Assembly: GCA_045644305.1 (NCBI GenBank)
Contig: JAZRGS010000075.1
Span: 465-64,464 of the forward strand
Source: Eubacteriales bacterium
Lineage (GTDB): Bacteria > Bacillota > Clostridia > Oscillospirales > CAG-382
DNA: 64,000 bases
Direction: 5' to 3'
Below, in pieces: positions 24,978 to 35,213 of this stretch; the first letter of the stretch is position 1, and each line of letters opens with the position of its first letter. Made by a program: the position numbers and the translations under genes. The notes under the pieces are model-generated. The model was not told the origin of the DNA. It did no database searches and worked only from the letters and a program-made list of their open reading frames with translations.

Positions 24978-26705
24978 TTATTTCTCAAAGGGATTTACCG
25001 CGTCGACAACCGCGGAATAATATTTTTCGTAGGTTACAAATCCCGGTGCGCTGCCCGAGGGCTTTTTGAGGTTGCGCACACGGGTGTAATCGACCTCGAC
25101 GTTTCGGCTTCCCCGCTTTTCGCTGTAATATGCAGCAAGCATAAGCGCTTCGTTGTAATCGCGGTCGCTCGGCTCCTCGTTCCCGTTGGGTGTGAGAATA
25201 ACGTGCGAGCCGTGGAAGCCTTTAATATGGAACCAAATTTCGTTGCGCTCGGCTCCTCCCGTAAGCGCATCGTTTTGGCGGTTATTTCTGCCGACGCGAA
25301 CCAATAATCCGTCGGTCGTGGTGAACGAAAGAGGCTTCGACGCGGGCGTTTTTTTCTTTTTGCCGGTTATGCCCTTGTCGGAAAGATAGCCGCCCTCGGC
25401 AAGCTCCTGCTTGATTTCGGCAAGCTCTTGGGGATTAGCCGCGCGGTCTATAAAGCTCAAAACGCTTTTAAGATAATCTGCTTCGGCTTCAGCCTTTTTG
25501 ATCTGCTCGGCAAGCATGACCGAGGCTCTTTTCATTTTCGAATACTTTTTATAATATTTTTGCGCATTTTTCGCGGGGGTAAGCGCGATATCCAAAGGCA
25601 CGCAAAGCTCGTTGCCCGATTCATAATCGATGCCCGTGACAGAATTATCGCCCTGACGGATGCGATAGATATTCGCCGTGACAACGTCGCCCTTTATGCG
25701 CATTTCCTCCATCGACGCACAATCGTCGAGCTCGTTTTTAAGCAAAACAAGCTTCTTTTGGGTGCGCGAAAGATGCGTGTTGACGGTTTTGACCATCTCG
25801 CGCGAGTAGCGACCGATGTTCACCGCCTCTTCCTTTCGTCCGAAATAATCGGTCAAAAGCAGCGAAAAGCTTTCGTATTCTCGCAAGGTCGCGCCGTTTT
25901 CATACTGATTTAATCGAATGAAGGAATATTCAATTCCGTTCCCCTCGTCGTCAAAAACGGCGCAGGGGGTGAAGTCGTTGGCTTTAAGCCTTTCAACCAA
26001 GCCGTTAACGCTTTTATAAAGCGCCAAAACATTGTCCGACGAAAGCGCTTCGTCCGACGAGCCAAGCGCCGAAAACGCCAATTCGCGTGCAACGACGGGC
26101 GAAATGCCCAAAAAGCTTTTGAGAATAAAATCGCAAGCCGCAACCCCGATTTTTTCCTCGCAAAGCTTCAAAAACGAGCCTTCGTCTATGTCGAAAATCG
26201 AAATTTTATCCTGCTTGGGGGGCATTTCATAAGGCAAGCCCGACATAATTCTGCGGACGCTTGCGGTTATATCCGAAACCGAGCTTGCAGAAAGGATCCT
26301 ATCGTTTTCGTCGGTCAGGATAATGTTGGAATATTTGCCCATCATTTCGGCATAAAGATGCTTGCGCTTAACGTACCCCATTTCGTCCGCCGAATCAAAA
26401 AGAAAGCGAATTATTCGCTCGTTTTCAACCCATTCGGCACCGACGAAGCGTCCGTTTTGAAGATGCTTTCGGTAAAGCATACAGGTCGGCGTGGGGGTGT
26501 CGGGGCGGGCAACCGATTCCTCGGTTATTGCAAGAATGGGGCGCGAAGCAGACGCCGAAACGACAAAATTTCCGCGTTTTCCCTCGTGATAAACCTGAAA
26601 ATAAAAGCAGGTTTGCGAGCTTTGATGGATTTTTTCAACCCTTGCGCCCGACCATTTATTCAATTCCTGCGCCACAGCGGCGCAAAAAAGTCCGTCAAAT
26701 GCCAT
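24978..26705 (-). CDS. rqcH: ribosome quality-control NFACT-family protein (Rqc2 homolog / FbpA-like)
   Basis: ORF to 26747, with likely start ATG 26705 (MAFDGLF...). Has an NFACT-N pattern, a central coiled coil, and a C-terminal NFACT-R segment (LLVRVGRNNRQND.LT...WFH.KG.HGSHV). Confidence 0.8.
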   Translation of the reverse strand: MAFDGLFCAAVAQELNKWSGARVEKIHQSSQTCFYFQVYHEGKRGNFVVSASASRPILAITEESVARPDTPTPTCMLYRKHLQNGRFVGAEWVENERIIRFLFDSADEMGYVKRKHLYAEMMGKYSNIILTDENDRILSASSVSDITASVRRIMSGLPYEMPPKQDKISIFDIDEGSFLKLCEEKIGVAACDFILKSFLGISPVVARELAFSALGSSDEALSSDNVLALYKSVNGLVERLKANDFTPCAVFDDEGNGIEYSFIRLNQYENGATLREYESFSLLLTDYFGRKEEAVNIGRYSREMVKTVNTHLSRTQKKLVLLKNELDDCASMEEMRIKGDVVTANIYRIRQGDNSVTGIDYESGNELCVPLDIALTPAKNAQKYYKKYSKMKRASVMLAEQIKKAEAEADYLKSVLSFIDRAANPQELAEIKQELAEGGYLSDKGITGKKKKTPASKPLSFTTTDGLLVRVGRNNRQNDALTGGAERNEIWFHIKGFHGSHVILTPNGNEEPSDRDYNEALMLAAYYSEKRGSRNVEVDYTRVRNLKKPSGSAPGFVTYEKYYSAVVDAVNPFEK

Positions 26706-27453
26706 ATTCTTCTTCTCTTGTAAATTGATAAATATCGCAAGGTACAAATTCGTTTACAATTTCGGCGAGCGTAGGAACGATGATTCTCTCGGTTGCGTAG
26801 TGGGTTCCGCAAATAAGGTTAAGTCCCAATTCCTTGCAATCTATCATATGGTTATGCATAACCTCGCCGGTTACAAAGGTGTCGGCACCTGCATCAAGAA
26901 CCGCCGCTATCTCATCCTTGCCGCAGCCCGAAACGACCGCAACACGCGATACGGTGTCATTCGCCTTTACCATAGGCATCGTCTTGAAATCAAGCTTTAA
27001 AAGTCTCGCCACCTTTTCGGCAAATTCAGAAAAGCTTTGCTTTTCGACGTCGCCGATTCTGCCGTATGGGATAAATTTTTCTGTGTTTTTCAGTCCCAAA
27101 ACAACCGATGCTAAAAAGTCGTTCACACCACCATCGATGATATCAAGCCGCGTGTGAAATGAAATCACCGCAATGCCGCTTTTGATACATTCGATAACGC
27201 GCTTGCCCACGCTATCGTCGCAAGAAATCGCGCCCAATGGCTTGAAAACGAGGGGGTGATGAGTGATTATAAGGTTGCAGCCCAAAGACTTCGCTATTTC
27301 GATAGCAACGCTTGTGCAATCGAGTGCGCAAAGCGCGCGTGTGACCTCCATGTCCTTATCGGGAATTACGTCGATTCCGTCGTTATCCCAAGGCTCGGAC
27401 AGGCTTTTGGGGATTCGTTCATCAAGCTTATTTATTAATTCCTGAACTGTCAT
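26695..27453 (-). CDS. Nif3-like dinuclear metal-centre protein
   Basis: 252 aa. Patterns WDNDG, LIITHHPL.FKP, ISFHT.LD and THYATE are typical of the NIF3 family. Confidence 0.8.
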   Translation of the reverse strand: MTVQELINKLDERIPKSLSEPWDNDGIDVIPDKDMEVTRALCALDCTSVAIEIAKSLGCNLIITHHPLVFKPLGAISCDDSVGKRVIECIKSGIAVISFHTRLDIIDGGVNDFLASVVLGLKNTEKFIPYGRIGDVEKQSFSEFAEKVARLLKLDFKTMPMVKANDTVSRVAVVSGCGKDEIAAVLDAGADTFVTGEVMHNHMIDCKELGLNLICGTHYATERIIVPTLAEIVNEFVPCDIYQFTREEEYGI

Positions 27454-27474
27454 AGCTTCACCGAATTTTAATTA

Positions 27475-27497
27475 AGGGGTATCCGTAAGATACCCCT
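27475..27497 (-). terminator. hairpin immediately downstream of the transketolase genes (weak terminator)
   Basis: Stem aggggtatc / gatacccct, loop cgtaa. The clean T-run is on the plus strand, and the minus-strand trailer is only UUAAUUAAAAUU. Confidence 0.35.
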
Positions 27498-27503
27498 CTT
27501 TTT

Positions 27504-28439
27504 TTATTTATTAAGAAGTTTTTTAACCTTTTCGACAATGCCTGCCGCGTTGAGCTTATAATGCTCAAGCAATACGCCCGCGGGTGCAGAGGTGCCGAAA
27601 ACGTCGTCGATACCGTGCTTTACAACCTTTGCGCAAGCAGTTTCGGCAAGTGCCGAGATAACTGCGTCGCCGAGACCGCCGATAACAGAATGTTCTTCGG
27701 TGGTTACGATATTGCCGGTCTTTTCAGCGTATTCCTTGATAAGGTCAGCGTCAAGAGGCTTAACCGTATGAATGTCGATAACAGCGGCGTCGATACCCTC
27801 GCCTGCGAGGATTTCTCTTGCTTCCATAGCTGCCGCAACCATAATACCGGTTGCAACGATAGCAACGTCCTTGCCGTCTGCGAGCACGATGCCCTTGCCG
27901 AGCTTGAATTCGCGTTCGCCCTTCTTATAGAACTGAGGAACCGCATATCTGCCGAGTCGCATATAAACGGGGCCGTCGAAGTTAACGATTTCTTCAAGCA
28001 AAGCCTCGGTCGAAGCCGAGTCAGCGGGGCAAACAACAGTCATGTTGGGGAGTGCGCGCATAATCGCCATATCCTCACAGAACTGGTGGGTTGCGCCGTC
28101 CTCGCCAACGGTAATACCTGCGTGAGACGCGCAGATCTTAACGGGGAGGTTGGGGTATGCAACAGAGTTGCGAATCTGTTCGAACGCTCTGCCGCACGCA
28201 AACATTGCGAAGGAGGAAGCGAACGCGGGAATACCGCTTGCAGCGATACCAGCCGCAACAGAGATCATATTTCCTTCCGCGATACCGCAGTTGAAGAAGC
28301 GTTCGGGATATTTCTTCGCGAAAACAGCGGTCTGTGTCGAGCCCGAAAGGTCGGCGTCGAGCACGTAAAAATCGTATTTTTCACCGAGTTCGGTAAGCTT
28401 TCTGCCGTACGCCACTCGAGTTGCTTCTTTTTCAGCCAT
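27504..28439 (-). CDS. transketolase, C-terminal (pyrimidine-binding) subunit
   Basis: ORF to 28448. The likely start is ATG 28439, which overlaps the upstream TGA, with GGAGGA 8 nt upstream. Sequence is the family-typical RVAYG..L.ELG...D.DL..ST...F...P.RFFN.GIAE.NM. Confidence 0.85.
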   Translation of the reverse strand: MAEKEATRVAYGRKLTELGEKYDFYVLDADLSGSTQTAVFAKKYPERFFNCGIAEGNMISVAAGIAASGIPAFASSFAMFACGRAFEQIRNSVAYPNLPVKICASHAGITVGEDGATHQFCEDMAIMRALPNMTVVCPADSASTEALLEEIVNFDGPVYMRLGRYAVPQFYKKGEREFKLGKGIVLADGKDVAIVATGIMVAAAMEAREILAGEGIDAAVIDIHTVKPLDADLIKEYAEKTGNIVTTEEHSVIGGLGDAVISALAETACAKVVKHGIDDVFGTSAPAGVLLEHYKLNAAGIVEKVKKLLNK

Positions 28440-29286
28440 TTTTAACATCCTCCGCTGCCTTTACCCATGCATCGTTAAGCTCCTTAGCGGCGATTTCATA
28501 TTCATCGTCCTTAGGTGCCTTGCCGTGCCACGAATAGTTATTTTCCATAAACGATACGCCCTTGCCCTTTACCGTCTTGCAGATGATAGCCGCAGGCTTG
28601 CCGCTATTGATCGCCTCGGTAACGGCGTTATCGATTTCTTCAAAGCTGTGTCCGTCGATAACGGTTACAAACCAACCGAACGCGCGGAATTTTTCATCAA
28701 CGGGATGGGGGTTCATAACGTCCTCAACAGCGCCGTCGATCTGATAGCCGTTACAGTCGATAAACGCGATAAGGTTATCGAGCTTGTACTGGTTTGCGAA
28801 CATTGCTGCTTCCCAAACCTGACCCTCCTCGATTTCGCCGTCGCCCAACGCGGTGTAGACCTTCCAATCGAAGCCCTTGCGTTTTGCAACAGCCGCCATA
28901 CCGCAAGCGGTCGAAAAGCCCTGACCGAGCGAGCCGGTAGACATATCAATACCGGGGATGCCCTTCATATCGGGGTGACCCTGAAGCATTGCGCCGAGCT
29001 TTCTGAGGTTCTTAAGCTCGGATACGTCAAAGTATCCCTTTTCGGCAAGTGCCGAATAAAGCGCGGGACAGCAATGGCCCTTCGAAAGAACGAATCTGTC
29101 GCGCTCCTCCATACGGGGATTCTTCGGGTCGATGTTCATTTTGTAAAAGTAGAGATAGGTGATTACGTCTGCAATAGACAGCGATCCGCCCGGATGGCCA
29201 CTTTTTGCGCCGTAGACCGCTTCGACAGAATGCATTCTGACCTTAGCGGCTCTTTCTTTCAGCATTAATACGGTGTTTCTTTCCAT
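28432..29286 (-). CDS. transketolase, N-terminal (TPP-binding) subunit
   Basis: 284 aa. Contains SGHPGGSLS, DRFVLSKGH and GDGE..EG..WEA motifs. This is a split transketolase, as is common in Clostridia. Confidence 0.85.
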   Translation of the reverse strand: MERNTVLMLKERAAKVRMHSVEAVYGAKSGHPGGSLSIADVITYLYFYKMNIDPKNPRMEERDRFVLSKGHCCPALYSALAEKGYFDVSELKNLRKLGAMLQGHPDMKGIPGIDMSTGSLGQGFSTACGMAAVAKRKGFDWKVYTALGDGEIEEGQVWEAAMFANQYKLDNLIAFIDCNGYQIDGAVEDVMNPHPVDEKFRAFGWFVTVIDGHSFEEIDNAVTEAINSGKPAAIICKTVKGKGVSFMENNYSWHGKAPKDDEYEIAAKELNDAWVKAAEDVKNG

Positions 29287-29307
29287 TTTCGCGTTTCCTT
29301 TCTTTGA

Positions 29308-30219
29308 CTAAAGCCCGGCACGGCGTAACGCATCGCTGAAATACGTCGGCCTTGCCGCTTCAAACGTCTGAGTCTCACCTGTTATCGGGTGGACAAAAGA
29401 TATGTATTTTGCGAACAGACATTGACCTTCCATGCCAAGTCTGTACCGTACGTTTCCGTATACCGTATCACCCGCGACGGGATGACCGATATGCGCCATA
29501 TGTACCCTGATTTGATGGGTACGTCCTGTTTCAAGCGTCAGCTCGAGGTGTGAATACTCGCGCGATTCGGCGAGCACGCGCCAATGAGTCGTCGCTTCCT
29601 TTGAATTATATTCGGTGACCGCCATCTTCTTTCGGTCGGTTTTATGACGCCCGATGGGCGCACAAACCGTGCCGGATGCTTCGCGAAGGTGACCGCCGAC
29701 GATTGCTTCGTATTTTCGCTCGAAGGAATGAACCGCAATCTGCTCGGCAAGCCCCTGATGCGCCTCGTCGGTTTTAGCGACGATAAGCAGTCCCGAGGTG
29801 TCCTTGTCTATTCTGTGGACGATTCCCGGACGAATTACGCCGTTTATCGACGATAACCGCCCCTTACAATGGTAAAGCAGAGCGTTCACCAGAGTTTGAT
29901 CGGGGTTGCCCGCGGCGGGGTGAACCACCATTCCGCGGGGTTTATCGACCACCAAAAGGTAATCGTCCTCGTAAACTATATCGATAGGAATATTTTGAGG
30001 AATCGCCTCAAGCTCCTTTGCGGGTGGAAGCTCGACCGAGATGACGTCCCCGACCGAAAGCTGTGTTTTTTTCTCACACCTTCTGCCGTTTACAAGAATC
30101 ATTTGATCGGCAATAAGCTCCTGCACGCGCGAACGGCTTATATCAAAAACCTTCGCCGCAAAGGCATCGATTCGTATTTTTTCGTTTAAATCCGCTTCGG
30201 TGACGGTGTAATTATCCAT
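29308..30219 (-). CDS. rluD: RluA-family 23S rRNA pseudouridine synthase (RluD-like)
   Basis: ORF to 30255, with likely start at MDNYTV (30219). Has an N-terminal S4 domain and the catalytic motif HRIDKDTSGLL. Confidence 0.8.
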   Translation of the reverse strand: MDNYTVTEADLNEKIRIDAFAAKVFDISRSRVQELIADQMILVNGRRCEKKTQLSVGDVISVELPPAKELEAIPQNIPIDIVYEDDYLLVVDKPRGMVVHPAAGNPDQTLVNALLYHCKGRLSSINGVIRPGIVHRIDKDTSGLLIVAKTDEAHQGLAEQIAVHSFERKYEAIVGGHLREASGTVCAPIGRHKTDRKKMAVTEYNSKEATTHWRVLAESREYSHLELTLETGRTHQIRVHMAHIGHPVAGDTVYGNVRYRLGMEGQCLFAKYISFVHPITGETQTFEAARPTYFSDALRRAGL

Positions 30220-30766
30220 TTTCGCCGTTTTCCTCGACCTTTTGTTCGGTGACAACTTCGTTTTCGGTTGTATCTAAGCTCAATTCCTGCGCCCTCTTTT
30301 GTTCCTCGGCGAGGCGTTTTTCAACCTTCGGTTCGAAAAACAGCAGATAAACCGCCAAAACCACCGCGCCGACCGTGATAAAGCAATCGGCAACGTTGAA
30401 AATTGCAAAATCGACAAAATCGGTGTGGAAGAAATCGACAACGTATTCGAGCCTGACTCGGTCGATCATATTGCCGATTCCGCCCCCGAGAATCATTCCG
30501 AGCGAGATATTCATAAGAATATGGCGCTTATATTCCTTCCAAAGAATATAAACTATCATCGCCATCGAAATCACCGAAAACACCATAAACACCCATCTAT
30601 GCTCGGAAAACATAGAAAATGCGGCGCCGGTGTTTCGCGTGTGATAAAGGCTCATAACGCCCGGAATAAAGGGTTTTGTTCCGTAAAGCTCAATATTTTG
30701 AACTACAAAATACTTTGTTATCTGATCGAGAATTACCGCAACGACAGCGATAAGAGCCGCTAACAT
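30212..30766 (-). CDS. lspA: lipoprotein signal peptidase II
   Basis: ORF to 30790 with an ambiguous start (30766 or 30790). Contains the motifs NTGAAFS and FNVADCFITVG. Confidence 0.8.
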   Translation of the reverse strand: MLAALIAVVAVILDQITKYFVVQNIELYGTKPFIPGVMSLYHTRNTGAAFSMFSEHRWVFMVFSVISMAMIVYILWKEYKRHILMNISLGMILGGGIGNMIDRVRLEYVVDFFHTDFVDFAIFNVADCFITVGAVVLAVYLLFFEPKVEKRLAEEQKRAQELSLDTTENEVVTEQKVEENGENG

Positions 30767-33564
30767 ACTGCTTTGCGGCAGCGTGCGCAAAGATGCTGGC
30801 CGTCCTCATCGGGAGTGCAATCGTCCTTCTGCATCCAGCAGCGTACACATTTTTCGCCCTCGGCAACCGAAACCTTAACAGAAATGCCGGATTCCTCATC
30901 CTTGTACGCGTCTGCGGGTGCAGCACCGTCGCAAAGGCTTACCTTGCTTACGATGAACACGTCGGGAAGGATGGATTCGAATTCCGAGAAGAGCTTCATC
31001 GCGTCGCTTCCCGCTTCGGCGTAAACGGTTACAGCCGCTTCGAGGGATTTACCGATGATCTTTTCGGCTCTTGCCAATTCAAGCGCCTTCATAACGCCGT
31101 CGCGGAGGTTAAAGAGCGATTCGTACTTTTCTTCGATTTCCGAGAAGTCGTACTTTTCCTCGAACTTGGGCATTTCGTTGCAGAAGATGCTGTCGAGGTC
31201 GTCACATTCGGTGTGACTCATAAAGCTCCAGGTTTCTTCTGCGGTGAAGGAGAGAACGGGTGCGAGAAGCTTGGTGAGCGCCTTTACGATGATGTACATC
31301 GCGGTCTGTGCGCTGCGGCGTGCAACGCCGTCCTTGGTTTCGCAGTAAAGTCTGTCCTTGGTGATGTCGATGTAAAGCTTCGACATATCGATCGAGCAGA
31401 AGTTATGGATGTCATGATAAACGATGTGGAACTGATATTCGTCGTAAGCCTCGCGAACGCGCTTAACGAGCTTGTTGAGACGCGAAAGCGCCCACTTATC
31501 GATATCGAGCATAGCCTCGGGCGCGATCATATCGCGGTTCGGGTCGAAATCGGTTTCTGCCGAGCCGAGGTTTGCAAGAAGAATACGAATGGTGTTTCTG
31601 ATCTTACGGTAGCTTTCAGAAAGCTGCTTGAAGATTTCCTGCGAGCAACGAACGTCTGCGTGGTAGTCGGAGGAAGCCGCCCAAAGACGAACGATATCGG
31701 CACCAAAGTTCTTGATAAGATCTGCGGGATCAACACCGTTGCCAAGGCTCTTGTGCATTGCACGGCCCTGACCGTCAACTACCCAACCGTGGGTAAGAAC
31801 CTGCTTGAAGGGAGCGCCCTTGCCAAGCGCACCGACAGAGGTCAACAAGCTCGACTGGAACCAGCCGCGGTATTGGTCTGCACCTTCGAGATATACGTCT
31901 GCGGGCCAGAGCTCGGGGGTATCGTTCATAAGCGAAGCGAAATGGGTAGAGCCCGAGTCGAACCAGCAGTCGAGAGTGTCGGTTTCCTTTTCGAATTCCT
32001 TGCCGCCGCAATGAGGGCAGGTGAATCCTTCGGGGATAAGCTCCTCGGCGGTCTTTTCGAACCAAGCGTTCGAGCCATGCTCGTCGAAGAGTGCCGAAAT
32101 TTTAGCGATAGATTCGGGAGTAGATACAGGCTTGCCGCAGTCCTTACAATAGAACACGGGAATGGGGAGACCCCAACGGCGCTGACGGGAGATACACCAA
32201 TCGGCTCTTTCCCTGATCATGCTGATCATTCTGTCCTCGCCCCACGCGGGATACCACTTAACGTTTTCGATAGCCTTGATTGCCTCGTCCTTAAAGGATT
32301 CGACAGAGCAGAACCATTGAGGAGTAGCGCGGAAGATAACCGGCTTCTTGCAACGGTCGTGGTGGGGATAGGAGTGCATTATGTTTTCGGATGCAAAGAG
32401 TGCGCCCGATTCCTTCATATCCTCAAGGATAATGGGGTTGGATTCCTCGGTCTTAAGTCCTGCGTATTTACCTGCGTAATCGGTGTGTCTGCCGTGGTCG
32501 TCAACGGGAACGACAAGCTCCATGCCGTATCTCATGCAGGTCTGATAGTCGTCCGCTCCGAAGCCGGGAGCGGTATGAACACAGCCGGTACCGCTATCCA
32601 TGGTTACGTATTCGGCGTTAACAAGACGCGAGGTCTTATCGAGGAAGGGATGCATCGCTACCATATTTTCGAAGAATTCGCCGGGGAAGGTAGCGAGAAT
32701 TTCGTAATTTTCAAAGCCGCCCAGCTGCATTGTCTTTTCGGTGAGCGCCTCTGCCATTATATAGGTTTCGCCGTTTTCTGCCTTTACGAGCACGTAGCTT
32801 TCGCGGGGGTGCAAGCAGATAGCCATGTTACCCGGAAGAGTCCAGATAGTGGTGGTCCAAATGACGAAATAGGTATTTTCAAGATCAAATCCTGCGAGCT
32901 TGCCGTTATCGTCCTTCATCTTGAACTTAACGTAAACCGAGGTACAGGGATCGTCGTGATATTCGATGTCGGCTTCTGCCACAGCGGTGGTACAGAAGGG
33001 ACACCAGGTTACGGGCTTCAAGCCCTTATAGATAAAGCCCTTATCGAACATTGCTCCGAAGATCTTAACCTCCTGAGCCTCGAAGTGCTTATCCATGGTG
33101 CGATAGGGCTTTTCCCAATCGCCGAGAACGCCGAGACGCCTAAATCCCGACATCTGCTTCTGAATAAAGTCCTCTGCAAAGTCCTCGCATGCCTTTCTGA
33201 ATTCGGGCACCGACATATCCTTGTTGAGGTCCTTCTTATTCTTTTCGATAGCCCTCTCGATAGGAAGACCGTGGTTGTCCCAGCCGGGAACGTAGGGGGT
33301 ATAATAGCCGCTCATCGCCTTGGACTTAACGATAAAGTCCTTAAGCACCTTATTGAGCGCGTGACCCATATGGATAAATCCGTTGGAAAAGGGAGGGCCG
33401 TCGTGAAGCACGAACGCGGGCTTACCCTCGTTCTTCTTCAAAACCTTTTTATAAAGATCTGCCTCGTTCCAGCGGTTAAGGGTTTCGGGCTCCTTTGCGG
33501 GGAGGTTGCCTCTCATCGGAAATTCGGTGGCAGGCAGATTAAGTGTATCCTTGTATTCCTTCAT
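30760..33564 (-). CDS. ileS: isoleucine--tRNA ligase (type 1)
   Basis: 934 aa. HIGH motif (PFSNGFIHMGHAL), KMSKS variant (MHKSLGN), the CP1 editing region, and a C-terminal Cys4 cluster (CVRCW...CARC). Confidence 0.95.
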   Translation of the reverse strand: MKEYKDTLNLPATEFPMRGNLPAKEPETLNRWNEADLYKKVLKKNEGKPAFVLHDGPPFSNGFIHMGHALNKVLKDFIVKSKAMSGYYTPYVPGWDNHGLPIERAIEKNKKDLNKDMSVPEFRKACEDFAEDFIQKQMSGFRRLGVLGDWEKPYRTMDKHFEAQEVKIFGAMFDKGFIYKGLKPVTWCPFCTTAVAEADIEYHDDPCTSVYVKFKMKDDNGKLAGFDLENTYFVIWTTTIWTLPGNMAICLHPRESYVLVKAENGETYIMAEALTEKTMQLGGFENYEILATFPGEFFENMVAMHPFLDKTSRLVNAEYVTMDSGTGCVHTAPGFGADDYQTCMRYGMELVVPVDDHGRHTDYAGKYAGLKTEESNPIILEDMKESGALFASENIMHSYPHHDRCKKPVIFRATPQWFCSVESFKDEAIKAIENVKWYPAWGEDRMISMIRERADWCISRQRRWGLPIPVFYCKDCGKPVSTPESIAKISALFDEHGSNAWFEKTAEELIPEGFTCPHCGGKEFEKETDTLDCWFDSGSTHFASLMNDTPELWPADVYLEGADQYRGWFQSSLLTSVGALGKGAPFKQVLTHGWVVDGQGRAMHKSLGNGVDPADLIKNFGADIVRLWAASSDYHADVRCSQEIFKQLSESYRKIRNTIRILLANLGSAETDFDPNRDMIAPEAMLDIDKWALSRLNKLVKRVREAYDEYQFHIVYHDIHNFCSIDMSKLYIDITKDRLYCETKDGVARRSAQTAMYIIVKALTKLLAPVLSFTAEETWSFMSHTECDDLDSIFCNEMPKFEEKYDFSEIEEKYESLFNLRDGVMKALELARAEKIIGKSLEAAVTVYAEAGSDAMKLFSEFESILPDVFIVSKVSLCDGAAPADAYKDEESGISVKVSVAEGEKCVRCWMQKDDCTPDEDGQHLCARCRKAVC

Positions 33565-33587
33565 TTTTCTAAAAAGCTCTGCTCCGA

Positions 33588-34331
33588 TTATTCTGCGTCG
33601 GGCGTGCTTTCTCCCATCATGTATTTAAGATATTCGTCCTCGGCTGCCTTTGCTTCGGTGGAAAGCTCGGGCTGAGGCTCGGTCGTAGCTTCTGCTTCGG
33701 AAATAGGCTCCAACGCTTCAAGCTCTTCTTCGATTTCTTCGGCGATGCCGGCAAACTGAGGAGCCTCGGTCTTGAGCTCGCGAACGTTCTTTCTGCGTTC
33801 GGTTTCTTCCTCGATTCGACCCTTAACGTCGTTGAAAATGCTTGCAACGAGCGCGTCGTCGTTGGGAAGAACGATATCCTCGATTTCGTTTACGCTCAAA
33901 TCCTTAAGCTCAGCGATGTGTGTGCCGTAAAGCTCGTAAAGCTGCTTTTTGAAGTCGATAATACGGGTACGCATTATCCAAGCCTTTTCCTTTTCAGCCT
34001 GAAGCTGCTGACGGAATTCGGCAATAACGCCGTCGCAGCGGTCCTTGATGGCACCGGTGATGATATCGGCGCGGTCGTTGGCGTCCGCGATGATCTTTTC
34101 CGCCATTTTCTGTGCCGAAATAAGTGTGCTTCTTATCGATTCTTCCTCATCCTTGATTTCGTCAAGGTTGGTGACAACGATTCTTAATTTTCTTTCAAGC
34201 TCGTTGTTTTCTCGGTATGCCTCGGTGTACTTTTCAAGTACGAATTCGAGATATTCGTCAACCTCTTGAGGATTATAGCCCTTGAAGGTCTTTTGAAACT
34301 GTTTGTTTTTCAGTTCGTGCGGTGCCAGCAT
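33588..34331 (-). CDS. divIVA: DivIVA domain cell-division protein
   Basis: 247 aa. The N-terminus LAPHELKNKQFQKTFKGYNPQEVDEYLEFV is the canonical DivIVA lipid-binding domain, followed by a coiled coil. Confidence 0.85.
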   Translation of the reverse strand: MLAPHELKNKQFQKTFKGYNPQEVDEYLEFVLEKYTEAYRENNELERKLRIVVTNLDEIKDEEESIRSTLISAQKMAEKIIADANDRADIITGAIKDRCDGVIAEFRQQLQAEKEKAWIMRTRIIDFKKQLYELYGTHIAELKDLSVNEIEDIVLPNDDALVASIFNDVKGRIEEETERRKNVRELKTEAPQFAGIAEEIEEELEALEPISEAEATTEPQPELSTEAKAAEDEYLKYMMGESTPDAE

Positions 34332-34432
34332 TATGCATCGTTCCTTTCGGGAAATATATCGTTAAATCGGGCATTTACGCAATTTGCGCAAAATACGCCC
34401 AAAAGCACTACGTCTTTCGAGGCTTTTTTCCT

Positions 34433-34702
34433 CTAATACGGTAGTGCCATTTGAACTATCATTATAATAAGACAAGTCGCCGTGAATGAAAAATCGATCG
34501 GCGAATCCTCCAGCGCGGGAATACGCGAAAGCAGATTCCTCACGGGAGATACGACAGGCTCGGTAACCGTTGCGCAGAAATTCAAAATCGGGCTTTCCTC
34601 ATCCGAAAAGAAGCCGATAAGCACTCTCGCAAGGAGAAGATACATCAAAGCGCTCAAAAAAGCGGATACCGTCTGCGATACTACAAAATAAAACTGTACC
34701 AA
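34433..34702 (-). CDS. YggT-family membrane protein
   Basis: 89 aa with two hydrophobic segments. Its position between sepF and divIVA matches the conserved dcw-distal cluster. Confidence 0.7.
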   Translation of the reverse strand: MVQFYFVVSQTVSAFLSALMYLLLARVLIGFFSDEESPILNFCATVTEPVVSPVRNLLSRIPALEDSPIDFSFTATCLIIMIVQMALPY

Positions 34703-34723
34703 GTAAATCCTACTCCGATTCGA

Positions 34724-35188
34724 TTAACGGAAAAGCTCTCTGGGCTGCTTGCTTGCCGCATCTTCTTCAGCGGGCTGTTCGGTCTGTTCGCCCGAAACGT
34801 CAACGTTCTTCGGGGTAACAACGTAGGTAGCGTTAGCAACCTTCTTTACCTGACCGTCGATTGCGAAAACAACGCCGCAAAGGAAGTCGATGATTCTCTT
34901 GGTGGTTTCCTTGTTGGTTTCTTCAAGGTTAAGAACGACAGTGCGTCTTGCAAGGAGATGCTCGCCGATAGCACGAACCTCGTCAAAGCGTTCGGGCTTA
35001 ACGACCTTCATTTCCAAAGCCGCGCCGGAGGAAATACCGCCGGTAGGTCTCGAAACGGGAGCTGCCTTGGGAGCGGGAGCGGGAGCTGCTGCTACTTCCT
35101 CTTCCTCTTCGTATTCTTCAAATTCTTCGTTTTCGTCGTATTCCTCTTCACCCTTGAAGAGCTCGCCCAAGCGATTCATAAGTCCCAT
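34724..35188 (-). CDS. sepF: cell division protein SepF
   Basis: ORF to 35299, with likely start ATG 35188 (MGLMNRLGELF) after AGGAGG. The C-terminal SepF core is VVKPERFDEVRAIGEHLLARRTVVLNLE...IIDFLCGVVFAIDG. Confidence 0.85.
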   Translation of the reverse strand: MGLMNRLGELFKGEEEYDENEEFEEYEEEEEVAAAPAPAPKAAPVSRPTGGISSGAALEMKVVKPERFDEVRAIGEHLLARRTVVLNLEETNKETTKRIIDFLCGVVFAIDGQVKKVANATYVVTPKNVDVSGEQTEQPAEEDAASKQPRELFR

Positions 35189-35213
35189 AGTGTGCCTCCT
35201 GAAATATAATAAA

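Noticed and set aside
30793-33675. 960-aa plus-strand ORF
   Set aside because: It lies antisense to ileS, which is unambiguous from its HIGH and KMSKS motifs and zinc cluster.
34360-34395. Small palindrome CGCAAtTTGCG upstream of divIVA as a possible operator
   Set aside because: It is only an 11-bp dyad, with no second copy and no recognisable cognate regulator nearby. This is too little evidence to call.
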